Assembly (NCBI GenBank): GCA_008690995.1
Contig: VRMN01000001.1
Span: 1,674,001-1,738,000, forward strand
DNA from: Porphyridium purpureum
Lineage: Eukaryota
Direction: 5' to 3'
DNA: 64,000 nucleotides
The notes beneath the pieces are model-generated. The model did not search any database. It was not told the origin of the DNA and was given only the letters and a program-made list of their open reading frames with translations. The translations under genes and the position numbers were made by a program. The first letter of the stretch is position 1. Each line of letters opens with the position of its first letter. Shown piece after piece: positions 1 to 10,157 of this stretch.

Positions 1-370
1 GCGCTGCGCGGAACTGCTGCGTTTTCGCGGCGAGCTCCTCGTCCGAAAGCGCCTCGATCTCGTCCTCCCGCGCGTTGATTGCATCCACTTTGAGCTGCGC
101 GGACGCGAGCCAGCGCTCATTGTCATCGGCAGTCAGTGTCCCAACGACCGACCGAAACGGGTTCTTCCTCCTACTCTTCTCGGCCGACGCGTCTGCGCCG
201 CCGCCCGTAATCGCACCCTTGATCGAATCCAGCAAGCCCATGCGCAGAGCCACACCGCGTCGCACACGTGCGCTGAACGGCCGCCCGTTCAGCTGCCGCT
301 GTCGAGCGCCAAGCCATTGCCCGTCCGTAGCTCGTGCGCGCACCGGCGCAACCACATACGCCAGACTCAT
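1..370 (-). CDS. secA: Nuclear-encoded, plastid-targeted preprotein translocase SecA (5' part only; gene runs off the window)
   Basis: Manual translation from ATG at 370 gives MSLAYVVAPVRAR (transit-peptide-like) ... KVDAINAREDEIEALSDEELAAKTQQFRA, the typical SecA N-terminal motif. Absent from the ORF track because it has no stop within the window. Confidence 0.85.
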   Translation of the reverse strand, partial: MSLAYVVAPVRARATDGQWLGARQRQLNGRPFSARVRRGVALRMGLLDSIKGAITGGGADASAEKSRRKNPFRSVVGTLTADDNERWLASAQLKVDAINAREDEIEALSDEELAAKTQQFRAA

Positions 371-490
371 CTCCACCTTCTCCTTCTACGCACACACAAC
401 CTCACCTCCCTCTTGTCCTTCACATCCACACACACTCCACACCGCGCGCGACCACGCGCAATCTCCGCCAGCCAAAGCTGAACCTCCAAT

Positions 491-625
491 GTACACTGTA
501 CTTCAGAGTACATCACTGTACTTCAATGTACAGTGCAAGCCATTTGGGTTCATTGTGTTTGTAATTACTTGATAAATTACACGCCTTTCTTTTTATTTTT
601 CCCAGCGGTGAAGTACTGTGAGTAC
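491..625. promoter_or_regulatory. Cluster of GTAC-core motifs in the SecA/ENGase divergent promoter
   Basis: GTAC at 491, 498, 508, 518, 528, 613 and 622, lying between two divergent gene starts. Confidence 0.55.
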
Positions 626-829
626 AGTTGACAACGCGCGCTCGAACGTGGTGAGAGTTGAGGAGAGGGAGCCAGAGATTGCGCCGCTCGGTGGGGGCGT
701 GTGTGTGTGTGCGTATAGCTTTGTGGGCTTGTGAAGAGCGGCGGGTGTGGTGTTGCCACTGAGTCGCACGCGTCGGAAACGCGCCGCGCGTGTGTGGGGA
801 AAGACTCATAGGTAAGTTCGTGTGTTGTT

Positions 830-944
830 CGGATGGCTGTGATGAAAACCTGCTTGATCATCAGATCATTTGATGGAGTGGACCGGTCGGCTCGCTCTTG
901 GTGATGAACATGAGTAGTAACCTGGTAAGTTTCTGAGCCGTCTG
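830..944 (+). ncRNA. Box C/D snoRNA predicted to guide 2'-O-methylation of 18S rRNA
   Basis: C box GTGATGA 839-845, C' box GTGATGA 901-907, D box CTGA 933-936. Terminal stem CGGATGGC (830-837) pairs with GCCGTCTG (937-944). The guide ACCTGGTAAGTTT (920-932) is the exact antisense of the conserved 18S segment AAACUUACCAGGU. Confidence 0.8.
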
Positions 945-2870
945 TCTACGCGAGAGCGACGGTGCGCGGTGCGTGGAATGCACGCATCGGGCTCAACGAT
1001 GTGCGCAACGCCTAGGGGACGCGACTGACCGGACCGTCGTTTTTACCGTTCTCTCTTTGTTCTCCCTTTCTAGTCGATTCCGTTGAGAACAGCGCGTGAA
1101 GTGCGAGAATGGAGATGGCAGGATCCAGCGTCTATACCTTTGGCGCGACACGTGTGTGCAGAATTTTCGGAATGCAGTGCCGCCGCGACACGGGAACGAC
1201 TCACCACGGCAGATCACGCAGATGGTCGTTGCCGCCCACGAGTGATGCTGACGCATGACTTTTGTGGCAACTATGCCCCACACGAATTGCTTCCGCGTGG
1301 AGCCAGACTTAGCTCATCATGTGCTCGAGCACTTGTCCAGGAACTCAGCGTACCATCTTCGAGTCGTTTGTGGAAGTTCACAAGCTGGGATTGCATTGAC
1401 TACTTCTGCTACTTTGCGCACGCCGTTGCCGCACCTCCTCCAGCATGCTGGATTGCCGTCGCACACCGTAACCACGTCAGTGCTCTCGGAAGTCTGGTCT
1501 TTGAAGGGGAGCAAGGCGCTCATGAGCTCTTTGAGTTGCTTCAAGAACCGGCGCATGCTGCAACCCAGTTGGCAAGTATCACCAAATACTGGGGATTCGA
1601 CGGTTGGCTTGTGAATGTCGAGTGCGACATACGCAGCCCTGCGCATCGACGCGCGCTTCTTGCCCTCGTGAGGGCTCTGCAAGCGCTGTGCACTGTGGTT
1701 TGGTATGATGCTGTGACGCTGGAAGGCCGCTTGGAGTGGCAGAATGAGCTGAACGAGTGCAATGAGGCGTTCTTTCTGGCGTCTGATATGTTCTTCTCAA
1801 ACTATGCCTGGACATGTGCAAGTCTGGTGCGAACGCAGCAGAGGGCCACGCATCTGCGCAGGTCCCAGGATGTTTTCATGGGCATCGATGTGTTTGGACG
1901 AGGCACGTATGGAGGCGGCGGTTTCAATACGCCAGAAACTCTGGCGCTTGTACACATGCACGGTCTTAGCTGTGCAATCTTTGCTCCAGGATGGACACAC
2001 GAATGTGCAACCGATACTGGTGCCACCGAAGACTCTAGTGAAGCACGTGAGCGCGTATTCTGGATCGAGATTGGTAAGCGTGTTCCCCAACGCGCGTCCA
2101 TCTTGCGTGCGGCACTACCTTTCAGCACGAACTTTGATTTGGGTTGGGGGCGGGGAACGTGGGCAGAGGGGCTTTTGAAAAGCCCTGACTTTTACGTGGA
2201 CTTGGAGCATCGACAGAGCGTGCTGCCGCGCGCGTCAGAACAGCCGGGGGTCATTTCGTACTGCTCCAATATCGTGTGGGATGGCGGGTACTCGTTGCGC
2301 ATTGAATCGCTCAATGCGAGTGGAAGTCCTGAATCGATTCATTTGTTCAAGGCAGCGCTTCGTTTCCGGCCCGGTGAAGTCTTGCATATTCGACTGGTTT
2401 ACGAAGACAGCAGCGCGCAACTGTGCCTCCGGCTAGGTTTTGCTTGTCAAGGAGCGCTTGTTCCGCTCCATTTGGTCCCTGCCACGCAGACAAGTGAGAT
2501 AGGATTTCCGTCCGCGCTAGCTACGGAACGATGCCTGCTCGCATCCAAGGTTGAATCGCGTGAGGGGCAGGTGCACAGGTGGGAAGACGATGACCTTGAC
2601 GAGCCGACTGGGCGAGATTCGGCTGCGGTTGCCCTGGCTTCCACGACCGTTACCTGGCGTACGTGCGAGTTTGCTGTACACTACTCGGCGGTAGTACGAG
2701 CTCCTTGGGATGGGTCGCTGAATGCAGATGCTACTTTAAGCTTGGACGACGTGGACGTGAACGTGGCCGCTCGCACTGATGTCAACGATCGACTCGGTGA
2801 TGCGTTTGCGGCCCGGCCACCAAGAATTCATGTCGGTCTTTTGGAGGTCGTGCTGGACTCTTCGCGGTGA
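904..2870 (+). CDS. ENGASE: Cytosolic endo-beta-N-acetylglucosaminidase (GH85). Modelled exons 904/910-924 and 1074-2870
   Basis: GH85 motifs HDFCGNY, YWGFDGWLVNVE, VVWYDAVT, WQNELN, GIDVFGRGTYGGGG and FAPGW. Putative intron 925-1073 (GTAAGT, branch-like ACTGAC, pyrimidine tract, TAG) restores an in-frame ATG. The 5' structure is uncertain. Confidence 0.9.
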
Positions 2871-3211
2871 CACACGCGCTACAAGAAACTTATTAATTTA
2901 TTTAATTTTGTATTTATGGACCATTCCAATCCCAAATAAATATCCCAGCTGCATAGACTGTTCATATATATCATATCACGTAACGCTTTGCACGTTTCCC
3001 CACTGTTGACTTCTCTCCACACTTGACATTTGTGCATTCATCAGAAGATTCATTATCTGACCATTCACCACTTGCGCATTCCCCCATGACATTCTTCATT
3101 TCTCAACCCAAGCACGAAGCCCGGTCCCTCAAATCCGACGCCGCGTCAAAGACTGACACCATCGACACTTTCACAGCGCCTGTTCACGGGCACTAGGTGC
3201 AGTGCCCATTT

Positions 3212-4330
3212 TCACGAGTCCTTGGTCACATTCACATCAAACGACCCCATGTGCAGCACCAAGTTGCGCAGGTTCTCCTTGAGAACTCGCAGCTGGCGCA
3301 CAAGGTGCGAAGGTTTCGGCTTTCCTGAAAACTTGACGAATTTCAAGAGACTGCTTCCGCCCAGTTGAGCAAAGCTACGATGGGCGGCGTACTGGTCACT
3401 GATACTGTCGCCCAGTACGAGCATGTTGACGTCCACTAGCTTGGGAACCAATCGTGTCAGCTCATCCTTGAAGCAGCAAACCTTCCACTCACTCGCGGCG
3501 TCGATGGGAATCTGCGCACCATACTTGCTCCTGGCCGAGACGACCTCGAGCTGAGACTGAGTGATGTAGCGGCGCAGTTTAGGCAGGTACTTGGCAGATG
3601 CGTACTCCACCCAGCCTTGCCCGGCGTTGGTGATGATCATCACCTGCCCCAGCTGAGCTGCGTCTTGGAGCACCTGCACTATGAGCTCGTCGAGCACACT
3701 GAGCATGTTTCGCTCTTTCTGCTCCTCGGCACTCTCAATGGTAACCACGGGCCGCAGATTGCTGTTGTCTCGGCGTGGAATGAGGTTTTCGTCCAACACA
3801 ATCCCATCCGGTACTGACACAGAGGATGCGACCGCGTGCTCAAAGTATGTTGTGGGGAGCAGCGTGTCATCAAAGTCAAAGAAGATAACAGTGTTCTCAC
3901 GTGCAAGCGTCTGGTTGCGTTGCCCGTGCTTGACGTTTGCTTCCTTCGCAGCAGCTCGTGCCGCCTCGGCGCGAGCTTTCTCACGTCGTGCGCACTCTGC
4001 GACCAGCTCGACAAGCATGAGCGACTTGTGCATGCGCTGCAGGCTCTCGGTCATCCCTAGTCGATGCTCCCGCATGCAGGCTGCGGTTACTTGCATGCAC
4101 ACAGGCGTGCTGGTGCCGGACGGCGCCGCCACCTTGAGCGCGCGCAGGCCGTGCGACGCCGCATGGCTCCCACCCCTCGGCGTGGATGGCACGGCCAGTG
4201 GCGTCGCGCACGACGAGCCATTTGCTCCGTTCAGTGCGTGCCACGCGTGCGAGTCAATGTTCAGAACCCCAATGTCGGCGCTCATCACAGCCGCAGCTAC
4301 CGGGGCGGTCACAATCCCTTGCTGATTCAT
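3212..4330 (-). CDS. HAD-superfamily hydrolase-like protein of unknown substrate
   Basis: Motif I IFFDFDDTLLPT, motif II IITNA, a conserved Lys, and motif IV-like LGDS. Start taken at the first ATG (MNQQG). Confidence 0.7.
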   Translation of the reverse strand: MNQQGIVTAPVAAAVMSADIGVLNIDSHAWHALNGANGSSCATPLAVPSTPRGGSHAASHGLRALKVAAPSGTSTPVCMQVTAACMREHRLGMTESLQRMHKSLMLVELVAECARREKARAEAARAAAKEANVKHGQRNQTLARENTVIFFDFDDTLLPTTYFEHAVASSVSVPDGIVLDENLIPRRDNSNLRPVVTIESAEEQKERNMLSVLDELIVQVLQDAAQLGQVMIITNAGQGWVEYASAKYLPKLRRYITQSQLEVVSARSKYGAQIPIDAASEWKVCCFKDELTRLVPKLVDVNMLVLGDSISDQYAAHRSFAQLGGSSLLKFVKFSGKPKPSHLVRQLRVLKENLRNLVLHMGSFDVNVTKDS

Positions 4331-5934
4331 GATTTTTTGTGATCGAGTTCCAAGCCCGGATCCCTCTGACACAATTGCTGCACAGCAGTGATCTCTGCGT
4401 TTAAGTATACTTAGTTGCGGTAGCTCGTCCAGCAAGACCGATGTGGAACACAATATAAACACAGCTGTGCTCGGCGCGGTACCGTGGCATGTATTCTGCG
4501 GCTTTGTCAGGCGCGTCCCTTGATGTTTCTCCCTTGAGTTCTGTGCACCCCGCCAACACTGAAATCAAGGCGATGAACAGCAAGGCGTGGAATTTGCTTC
4601 TCCAGACCGCGAGCCGCGCAGATCAGCCCGGCTCCAGACCGCACTTTTTGCTCACGTCAATGATGCAGCAGGACGATGCTCCGCACCGTTGGCGTCTTCC
4701 AAGACACAAACACAAACACACACACAGTCAACCCTTTATCGAGCCTCTACACAAACGCTACCGCGCGTCGTCTTCCTTCGACGCCTTCCACCAGCGTCAT
4801 TCACCGTCTGTACAAATACACACCCACGCTCACACCGATTCACAACTCACGCCGCCAGTCCCTTCACCACGTCTCGCTTCGTGCGTGCTGCTGCCGTCTT
4901 CGCGCTGTGCACACCTCTCCGCGTCCACTCCACTTTTCCTGTGCTCTCGCCGCCGCCCTTTAATACATTGCTGGCAAAACGCATTCACCAGCCCCTTACC
5001 GCCTTCTACACACTCCCAGGCACACCCAATCCACCTACAACCACACTCTCCCGCTCTCACACACCGCGCTTCTACGCACTGCACGCCTACTCAAAAACAA
5101 ACTCACAAAAACAACAAACCACCAACACTGCGTCGCCAGCCGTTTTCTCGTTATACGTTTAAGGACAAGAAGACAAGACGGCCAGATTACTGTTTGCGTG
5201 ACTTGTTTGTGTGCTCTCGCACAACCAAAACGACACGACAAACAAAGACACCGAGAAAAAAGCGGCCAATTCGCGCTGGTTTGCTACGAACGTGAAAATC
5301 TCCATGGTCACGTCAGTAGACACACTGGCGAGTGGAGTGTGTGTGTGAGTGTGTTGCGTCTGATTTTCGAGTGTCCCGAGAGGGAAAGAGTCTCTGTGCT
5401 AAACCGCTCTCCTTTTGTGGACTGCCGTGATCTTTCTTAGCCCAGAACAAATACACGAGGGCAGATTTTGCGATTGCAAGCGGCGCGCTTCTAGAAACAA
5501 TGCCAGAACAAAGACACAAACGGCGGATCGCAGAGGCAAAGGCACACACGGAGAACCCGACAACCACCACGGTGCGTGGAAGCAGCGTGCCGGTAGAATT
5601 TACAGCCGTGCTGGCCGAAAGTGACTCATATCGCGCGAGCGCGAGCGCAAGCGCATTGCAACCGCGCTTACATGGTTCTGGACGTGTAAGCGCGTCATTT
5701 AATTCTCGCGTCATCCGCGCGGTTCGGCGCCGCTGTACCGCGGCACTGGACGTCGCGCCGTTGCCGCGTGTTGAGTTGCGGGTGCGCGTGCCTGGGTGGT
5801 GGCGCCTGCGGAGGCGGGATGTGCGAGCCGGAGCGATCGAAATTTTGCGCGTGGGGTTTCCATTGGTTTCTGCGTGAGCTCCTGCAACGCCGCGTGACGG
5901 TGCGAGAAGAAGAGGGCGTCGCCAATCGTCGGCC

Positions 5935-6558
5935 ATGTGGCGCGCGCGGTTGGCACGGTGGGCAGACTGGCTGCAGTCGCGGCGGCAAGTCGGCGAGGAT
6001 CTGCAGCGCAACAAGTACTTCCTGGAGTATCGTGGGCAGGGTCAGCCGGAGAAGCGGCTTGTGCAGTACTTCGACAAGCACAAACAGGATATGAACGCGC
6101 TGCCAGTCGAGTGGTGGAGCTGGTTGTCCGGGACGCGAGACGACCCGCCGACACTACAGGAGCTCATCCAGTCGCAGAAGAAGCGCGAGAACATGAGACA
6201 GAAAGTGCAGGCGCTCGAGGCGGCTGACCGCAAGCACCGGCTGGAGCAAGCTCTCATGAACGAGCAGAGCCGACAAGCGGAGCCAGAAAGCGACGAAGCG
6301 ATGGTCAAAAGCGTGCACATGCTTCTTCAGGGTACGCCGGCTGCCTCGGGCTCATCTACAGCCGAGCGCGCAGCAGACGCGGCAGCGCCCAACGGCAGGA
6401 GTCACGATTCCGGATCCAGAGCGCGAGGACCAAGCCTCGCGGGCGCGTCCGCGCCCAAGTCAGCGAGCTCCTCGCCTGCAACGTCATCACAACAAAACCA
6501 AACTGGTGACTTCCAGCCTGCGGCGTGGGATCCAAGCAAGTCCTCGAGACGACGTTAG
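5935..6558 (+). CDS. NDUFA12-family protein (complex I assembly factor NDUFAF2-like)
   Basis: VGEDLQRNKYF ... LPVEWWSWLSGTRDDPPT matches the NDUFA12/NDUFAF2 signature. Confidence 0.8.
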   Translation: MWRARLARWADWLQSRRQVGEDLQRNKYFLEYRGQGQPEKRLVQYFDKHKQDMNALPVEWWSWLSGTRDDPPTLQELIQSQKKRENMRQKVQALEAADRKHRLEQALMNEQSRQAEPESDEAMVKSVHMLLQGTPAASGSSTAERAADAAAPNGRSHDSGSRARGPSLAGASAPKSASSSPATSSQQNQTGDFQPAAWDPSKSSRRR

Positions 6559-6713
6559 ACGCTGCGACTCGTCGCGATCGAATCTACCACGTTCCAGAGC
6601 GAAAGCTGGCAACTGTACCGTGATGTTCAGTTTAAGAGCAAGCCGAAAAAGGAAAAGATTCTTCCCGGCTCCGGGCGGAAGCGGGTGAGGCGGCGTCAGG
6701 TGTGTGCTTTTGA

Positions 6714-7046
6714 ATGCAGGCGCTGCGGGACGAGCACGCGCGCAACTTGCGGGACGGGGAGAGCGACGCGCGGCGCACGTGCGTGTTCGTGGGCGGGCTG
6801 CACGCCGGCGCGGACGCGCGGATCATCACGGCGGCGTTTGAGCCGTTTGGCCCGATCCGCGACGTGAGCGTGCCGCAGGCCGGCGCGCAGCAACAGCCAC
6901 ACCGCGGGATCGCGTTCGTGACGTTTCACGAGCACGCAGACGCCGTGGCCGCGGTGGAGAATATGGACCAGGGCGAGCTGCTCGGTTTCAGGATACACTG
7001 CAGATTTGCTCGCGGAAGTGGTGGCGAAACGGATTCTCATCCATGA
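6714..7046 (+). CDS. Stand-alone RRM protein resembling the cyclophilin E (PPIE/Cyp33) RRM
   Basis: RNP2 VFVGGL, AAFEPFGPI, RNP1 HRGIAFVTF and AVENMDQGELLG. Confidence 0.8.
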   Translation: MQALRDEHARNLRDGESDARRTCVFVGGLHAGADARIITAAFEPFGPIRDVSVPQAGAQQQPHRGIAFVTFHEHADAVAAVENMDQGELLGFRIHCRFARGSGGETDSHP

Positions 7047-7096
7047 TTGGAATTTTTGCGCGCGCGCATCTATTGAAAGGTTCGAGCTCGCTCGAG

Positions 7097-7627
7097 ATGG
7101 AGTCTGTGACTCCCGCTCAGGAAGATCGCGCGCAGACGAAGAAGAGCGCAAAGAAGAAGAAAGAAAAGAAGGACAAGGTCGTTGCGGTTGCCTTTTCTGA
7201 GGAAGACCCCTTGCTCGGCGGCGACAACACCACTCCCGCTGACGCCACAATGAAGAACGCTATGGCGTCTGAGCGTACTTACATGAAATGGGTCTGGACT
7301 GCGCTTCGACTGGGCGCACTGGGGACTTTTATTCTGAGCGTTTTCTCGCGCCAAGAGGAGCTGCTTTTGATCATTGCCATCTGGGTTGTCGCACTGGCGT
7401 TCATGGGGCTTGGCCTGTGGCAGTACTACTCGCGCCGCCACGCCATGCTCGTTGGGCTGGACCGCGAGGCATGGGACGACGGCGGGCGCGCGATTTACTT
7501 GCTTGTGTTTGCATGCACTGTCGTTTTCGCGTGCGTGTTCGTGGTCCTGCTGCGGAATTCCGGCCCCGAGGACCACGAGCAAGACGTCGCAGGAGCGGCG
7601 AGCATGCTACCGAGCGTCTCTCCGTAG
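7097..7627 (+). CDS. DUF202/Vtc1-like small membrane protein (3 TM)
   Basis: KNAMASERTYMKWVWTALRLG motif followed by three hydrophobic segments. Alternative start at 7043. Confidence 0.7.
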   Translation: MESVTPAQEDRAQTKKSAKKKKEKKDKVVAVAFSEEDPLLGGDNTTPADATMKNAMASERTYMKWVWTALRLGALGTFILSVFSRQEELLLIIAIWVVALAFMGLGLWQYYSRRHAMLVGLDREAWDDGGRAIYLLVFACTVVFACVFVVLLRNSGPEDHEQDVAGAASMLPSVSP

Positions 7628-8011
7628 CGGCAGACACCGTAGGCATGTAGAAGACGAGAAGAAAGGCACTTATGCACAACTACCTGCCCCTGCGCTCTTT
7701 CGGTTTCAATCTAAAAGAAGTCCATAAAAAGTTTACAAGAACTCGTGCGCTCGACGCATACCCGCCCAGGCGGAAGTCATGCAATCTGTGAGAATTGGAG
7801 ACGAAGGATACACCATGTGAACTACACTACAGAACAGGCGGAAGGACGGCTGGAAGCACGTATGCTTCAGTGTCTCATACAGATTAACTTCTCTGCTGAC
7901 ACCCGAGAAAGAAGTGATGACGAAAACCTGAAGATTCTCCGGGACGCGCTTAAAGTTTCAACCCGCTTTGCACGCAACCATCTCATTCCATTCCTCCTTT
8001 CCTTCTCTTCG

Positions 8012-8034
8012 TTTTTTTTTTTTTTTTTTTTTTT
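8012..8034 (+). repeat. Poly-T homopolymer
   Basis: T run in the convergent 3' region between two genes. Confidence 0.9.
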
Positions 8035-8210
8035 TCCTTTTTTTGGTTTTTGGTTTTTTTCCCTTCTTGCTCCTGCTATTTTCTAATTTCTTTTTCATCC
8101 TTCCTCCACGTACATATTCACAAAGTCACCACACTCCGACCTACAGAACAGCCTCCATCAACAAAACAAAACATTACTGACCGAATATGCCAGCAAAGTA
8201 GTCCCAACCA

Positions 8211-10157
8211 CTACTCAGAATCCGATCCCGACGAGTCGCTGGCAGAGCTGTCCGACGCGTACGGGTCTACGTTCTCCGCACGGCGCAACATCGAATCTGA
8301 GCGCGCGGCCGAATCACAACTTCGAAGGCGCTCGACAACGGCGCCCAAGCACCGAATGCGCGCGTCCAGCTCCTCAGCGGACACCGCATTGGCTACGCGC
8401 GCGCCAACCTTCTTCTTGTGCAAGCTGCTGTTCACAAACGCCTCCATCTCACGCAATGTGTTTGTCGAGTATGCGTCCAGCTCGAGCTCCACTTCACCGT
8501 CTTCAAGCACCACTTGCGAGCCCTGGCGGCGCTTCACAATGTTGAGCAGCTCGACGAGATGGTCATCGCCAAGTCTTTGAATGTTGTCGCGCAGTTTGAG
8601 CTTTTCGTTCACAGACATCGGCAAATGATACAGCGTACTCCCCCGCAAAGCCTCCGCAGTCATAGGATGGTCAGACACCAAATTCAGGCGTCGTCGATTC
8701 AGCTCGGCTAGTTTCTTGACAGCTTCCTTCAACGAAAGCCCAGCATATTCTTCTTCCATGCTGTTTCGCGAACCTTTCGATTTCCGCGACATCTCGACTC
8801 CATCCGCCACGCCTGCACGCTTGGCCACTTTTCCGTTGCCTGTTGTGCGCCCATACGACTCTGAATGGGTGCGCGAACCGCTCCCTGTCCGATTAGCACC
8901 TGCGGTCAGCGAGTCGGCAAAACCGCGCGGGCGCGGGACAGATCCTCCAGAGCTCTTGCTCTTCTTCGCACGACTTTGTTGGCGCGAAGCGGTAGGCGAC
9001 GCGCTTCGCAAAAGTCCGTCAGCTCCACCCCCGGATGCGACTGCTCCATCAATGTCCACGGCTGGAAGCTCGGCCAACCTCGCCTCAAACTTTTCGAGCA
9101 AGTTCTTGGCATCAACGTGGAACTTGTCCTCCGGCTTATTGTATGCCATGGCGTTGCGGAAAACGAGACGAAAGTCGAACGAGAACCGACCAGCGTCGAA
9201 GACCGGCGGATTTGAACCGGGACGCGTGTACTCACCCGAGTACAATTTCTCTCCAATTGTGCGAAAGTCCATCGGCTTCAGCACCACGTCAAAGTAGCCT
9301 GGAATGGACTCCAGCGGCCACAATTCGCTGACTGGGGCGCGGAATGGTGCAGCATCCTTAAGTTTGTGGAAATCTTTCAGCAGTTTCATGCAAAATTGGA
9401 ATCGCTTCGAGCTGGCATACGGCACATTCGGCTTCCCCGACCCGTAGAATGAACCTGCCGTAACACCGCTCGCGCCAGCGGCAGCACCGGGACTCCCAGT
9501 TTCACCGGGGTACGGTCGCACGTGAATAGAGGGTTGCCGAGCGCGCCGCTCCCGGCGCGAGCGAGCCTCCCCGTCCTCAGTCGCCGCGCCAGCTTCGGAC
9601 CCGGCTGACCGCACTGGGGCAGATGACGGAGAGACGGATGTACGCTTGACCTGTAATAAAGCCTGCTGTTGTTCCACCATTCTGAGCTGCTCCAAAAGCT
9701 TCCGCTTCTTCTCCATCATGTCTTGCGGCGACTGATGAGTATCGTTTGTTGGCAGAGGTTGCGGCTGCTCTTCTGGCTTTGAGTCTGGTGCGTCCGCGGC
9801 CGTTTCAGGGCACCCGCGCTTGGAACCTGCCAATGCGCTACCGCCATTTTGACTATTTGATGGCTCTTCGGGTGAATTTTCGGCGCCCGCCATATTTTGG
9901 GCTGGCGGCACGAGCTTTGTCGCGAGCTCATCTCCGGTTAGCAGCTCTGCCACAACAGGCGTCTTGTCCAGAGGCTGCTGCGTCGCACCATTACCGCGCG
10001 GGGTCCCGGCCGTGTCCGCGTCGACACCTGGCGCAGCCGATGACGTCGGTACCACAGGCGCGGCGGGCGCTCGCCCTGCGCTTGCCGCGACCTGCTCCAC
10101 CTTGTTCATGACCGAACGATACTCACCAGGCATCATGGCTCCAATGCAATCGACCAT
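8211..10157 (-). CDS. BET/GTE-type bromodomain and extra-terminal domain protein
   Basis: Bromodomain (APFRAPV, YFDVVLKPMDF, FRNAMAYN), ET domain (MSVNEKLKLRDNIQRL ... EVELELDAYSTNTLREM) and a Ser/Asp-rich tail. Confidence 0.9.
   Translation of the reverse strand: MVDCIGAMMPGEYRSVMNKVEQVAASAGRAPAAPVVPTSSAAPGVDADTAGTPRGNGATQQPLDKTPVVAELLTGDELATKLVPPAQNMAGAENSPEEPSNSQNGGSALAGSKRGCPETAADAPDSKPEEQPQPLPTNDTHQSPQDMMEKKRKLLEQLRMVEQQQALLQVKRTSVSPSSAPVRSAGSEAGAATEDGEARSRRERRARQPSIHVRPYPGETGSPGAAAGASGVTAGSFYGSGKPNVPYASSKRFQFCMKLLKDFHKLKDAAPFRAPVSELWPLESIPGYFDVVLKPMDFRTIGEKLYSGEYTRPGSNPPVFDAGRFSFDFRLVFRNAMAYNKPEDKFHVDAKNLLEKFEARLAELPAVDIDGAVASGGGADGLLRSASPTASRQQSRAKKSKSSGGSVPRPRGFADSLTAGANRTGSGSRTHSESYGRTTGNGKVAKRAGVADGVEMSRKSKGSRNSMEEEYAGLSLKEAVKKLAELNRRRLNLVSDHPMTAEALRGSTLYHLPMSVNEKLKLRDNIQRLGDDHLVELLNIVKRRQGSQVVLEDGEVELELDAYSTNTLREMEAFVNSSLHKKKVGARVANAVSAEELDARIRCLGAVVERLRSCDSAARSDSMLRRAENVDPYASDSSASDSSGSDSE

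Noticed and set aside
4489..5295. 268-aa plus-strand ORF
   Set aside because: Low-complexity His/Thr/Pro translation of CA-rich non-coding DNA.
7878..7931. C/D snoRNA with a U6-like guide (TAACTTCTCTG-CTGA, GTGATGA, CTGA)
   Set aside because: The complementarity is short and gapped, and no upstream C box or terminal stem was found.
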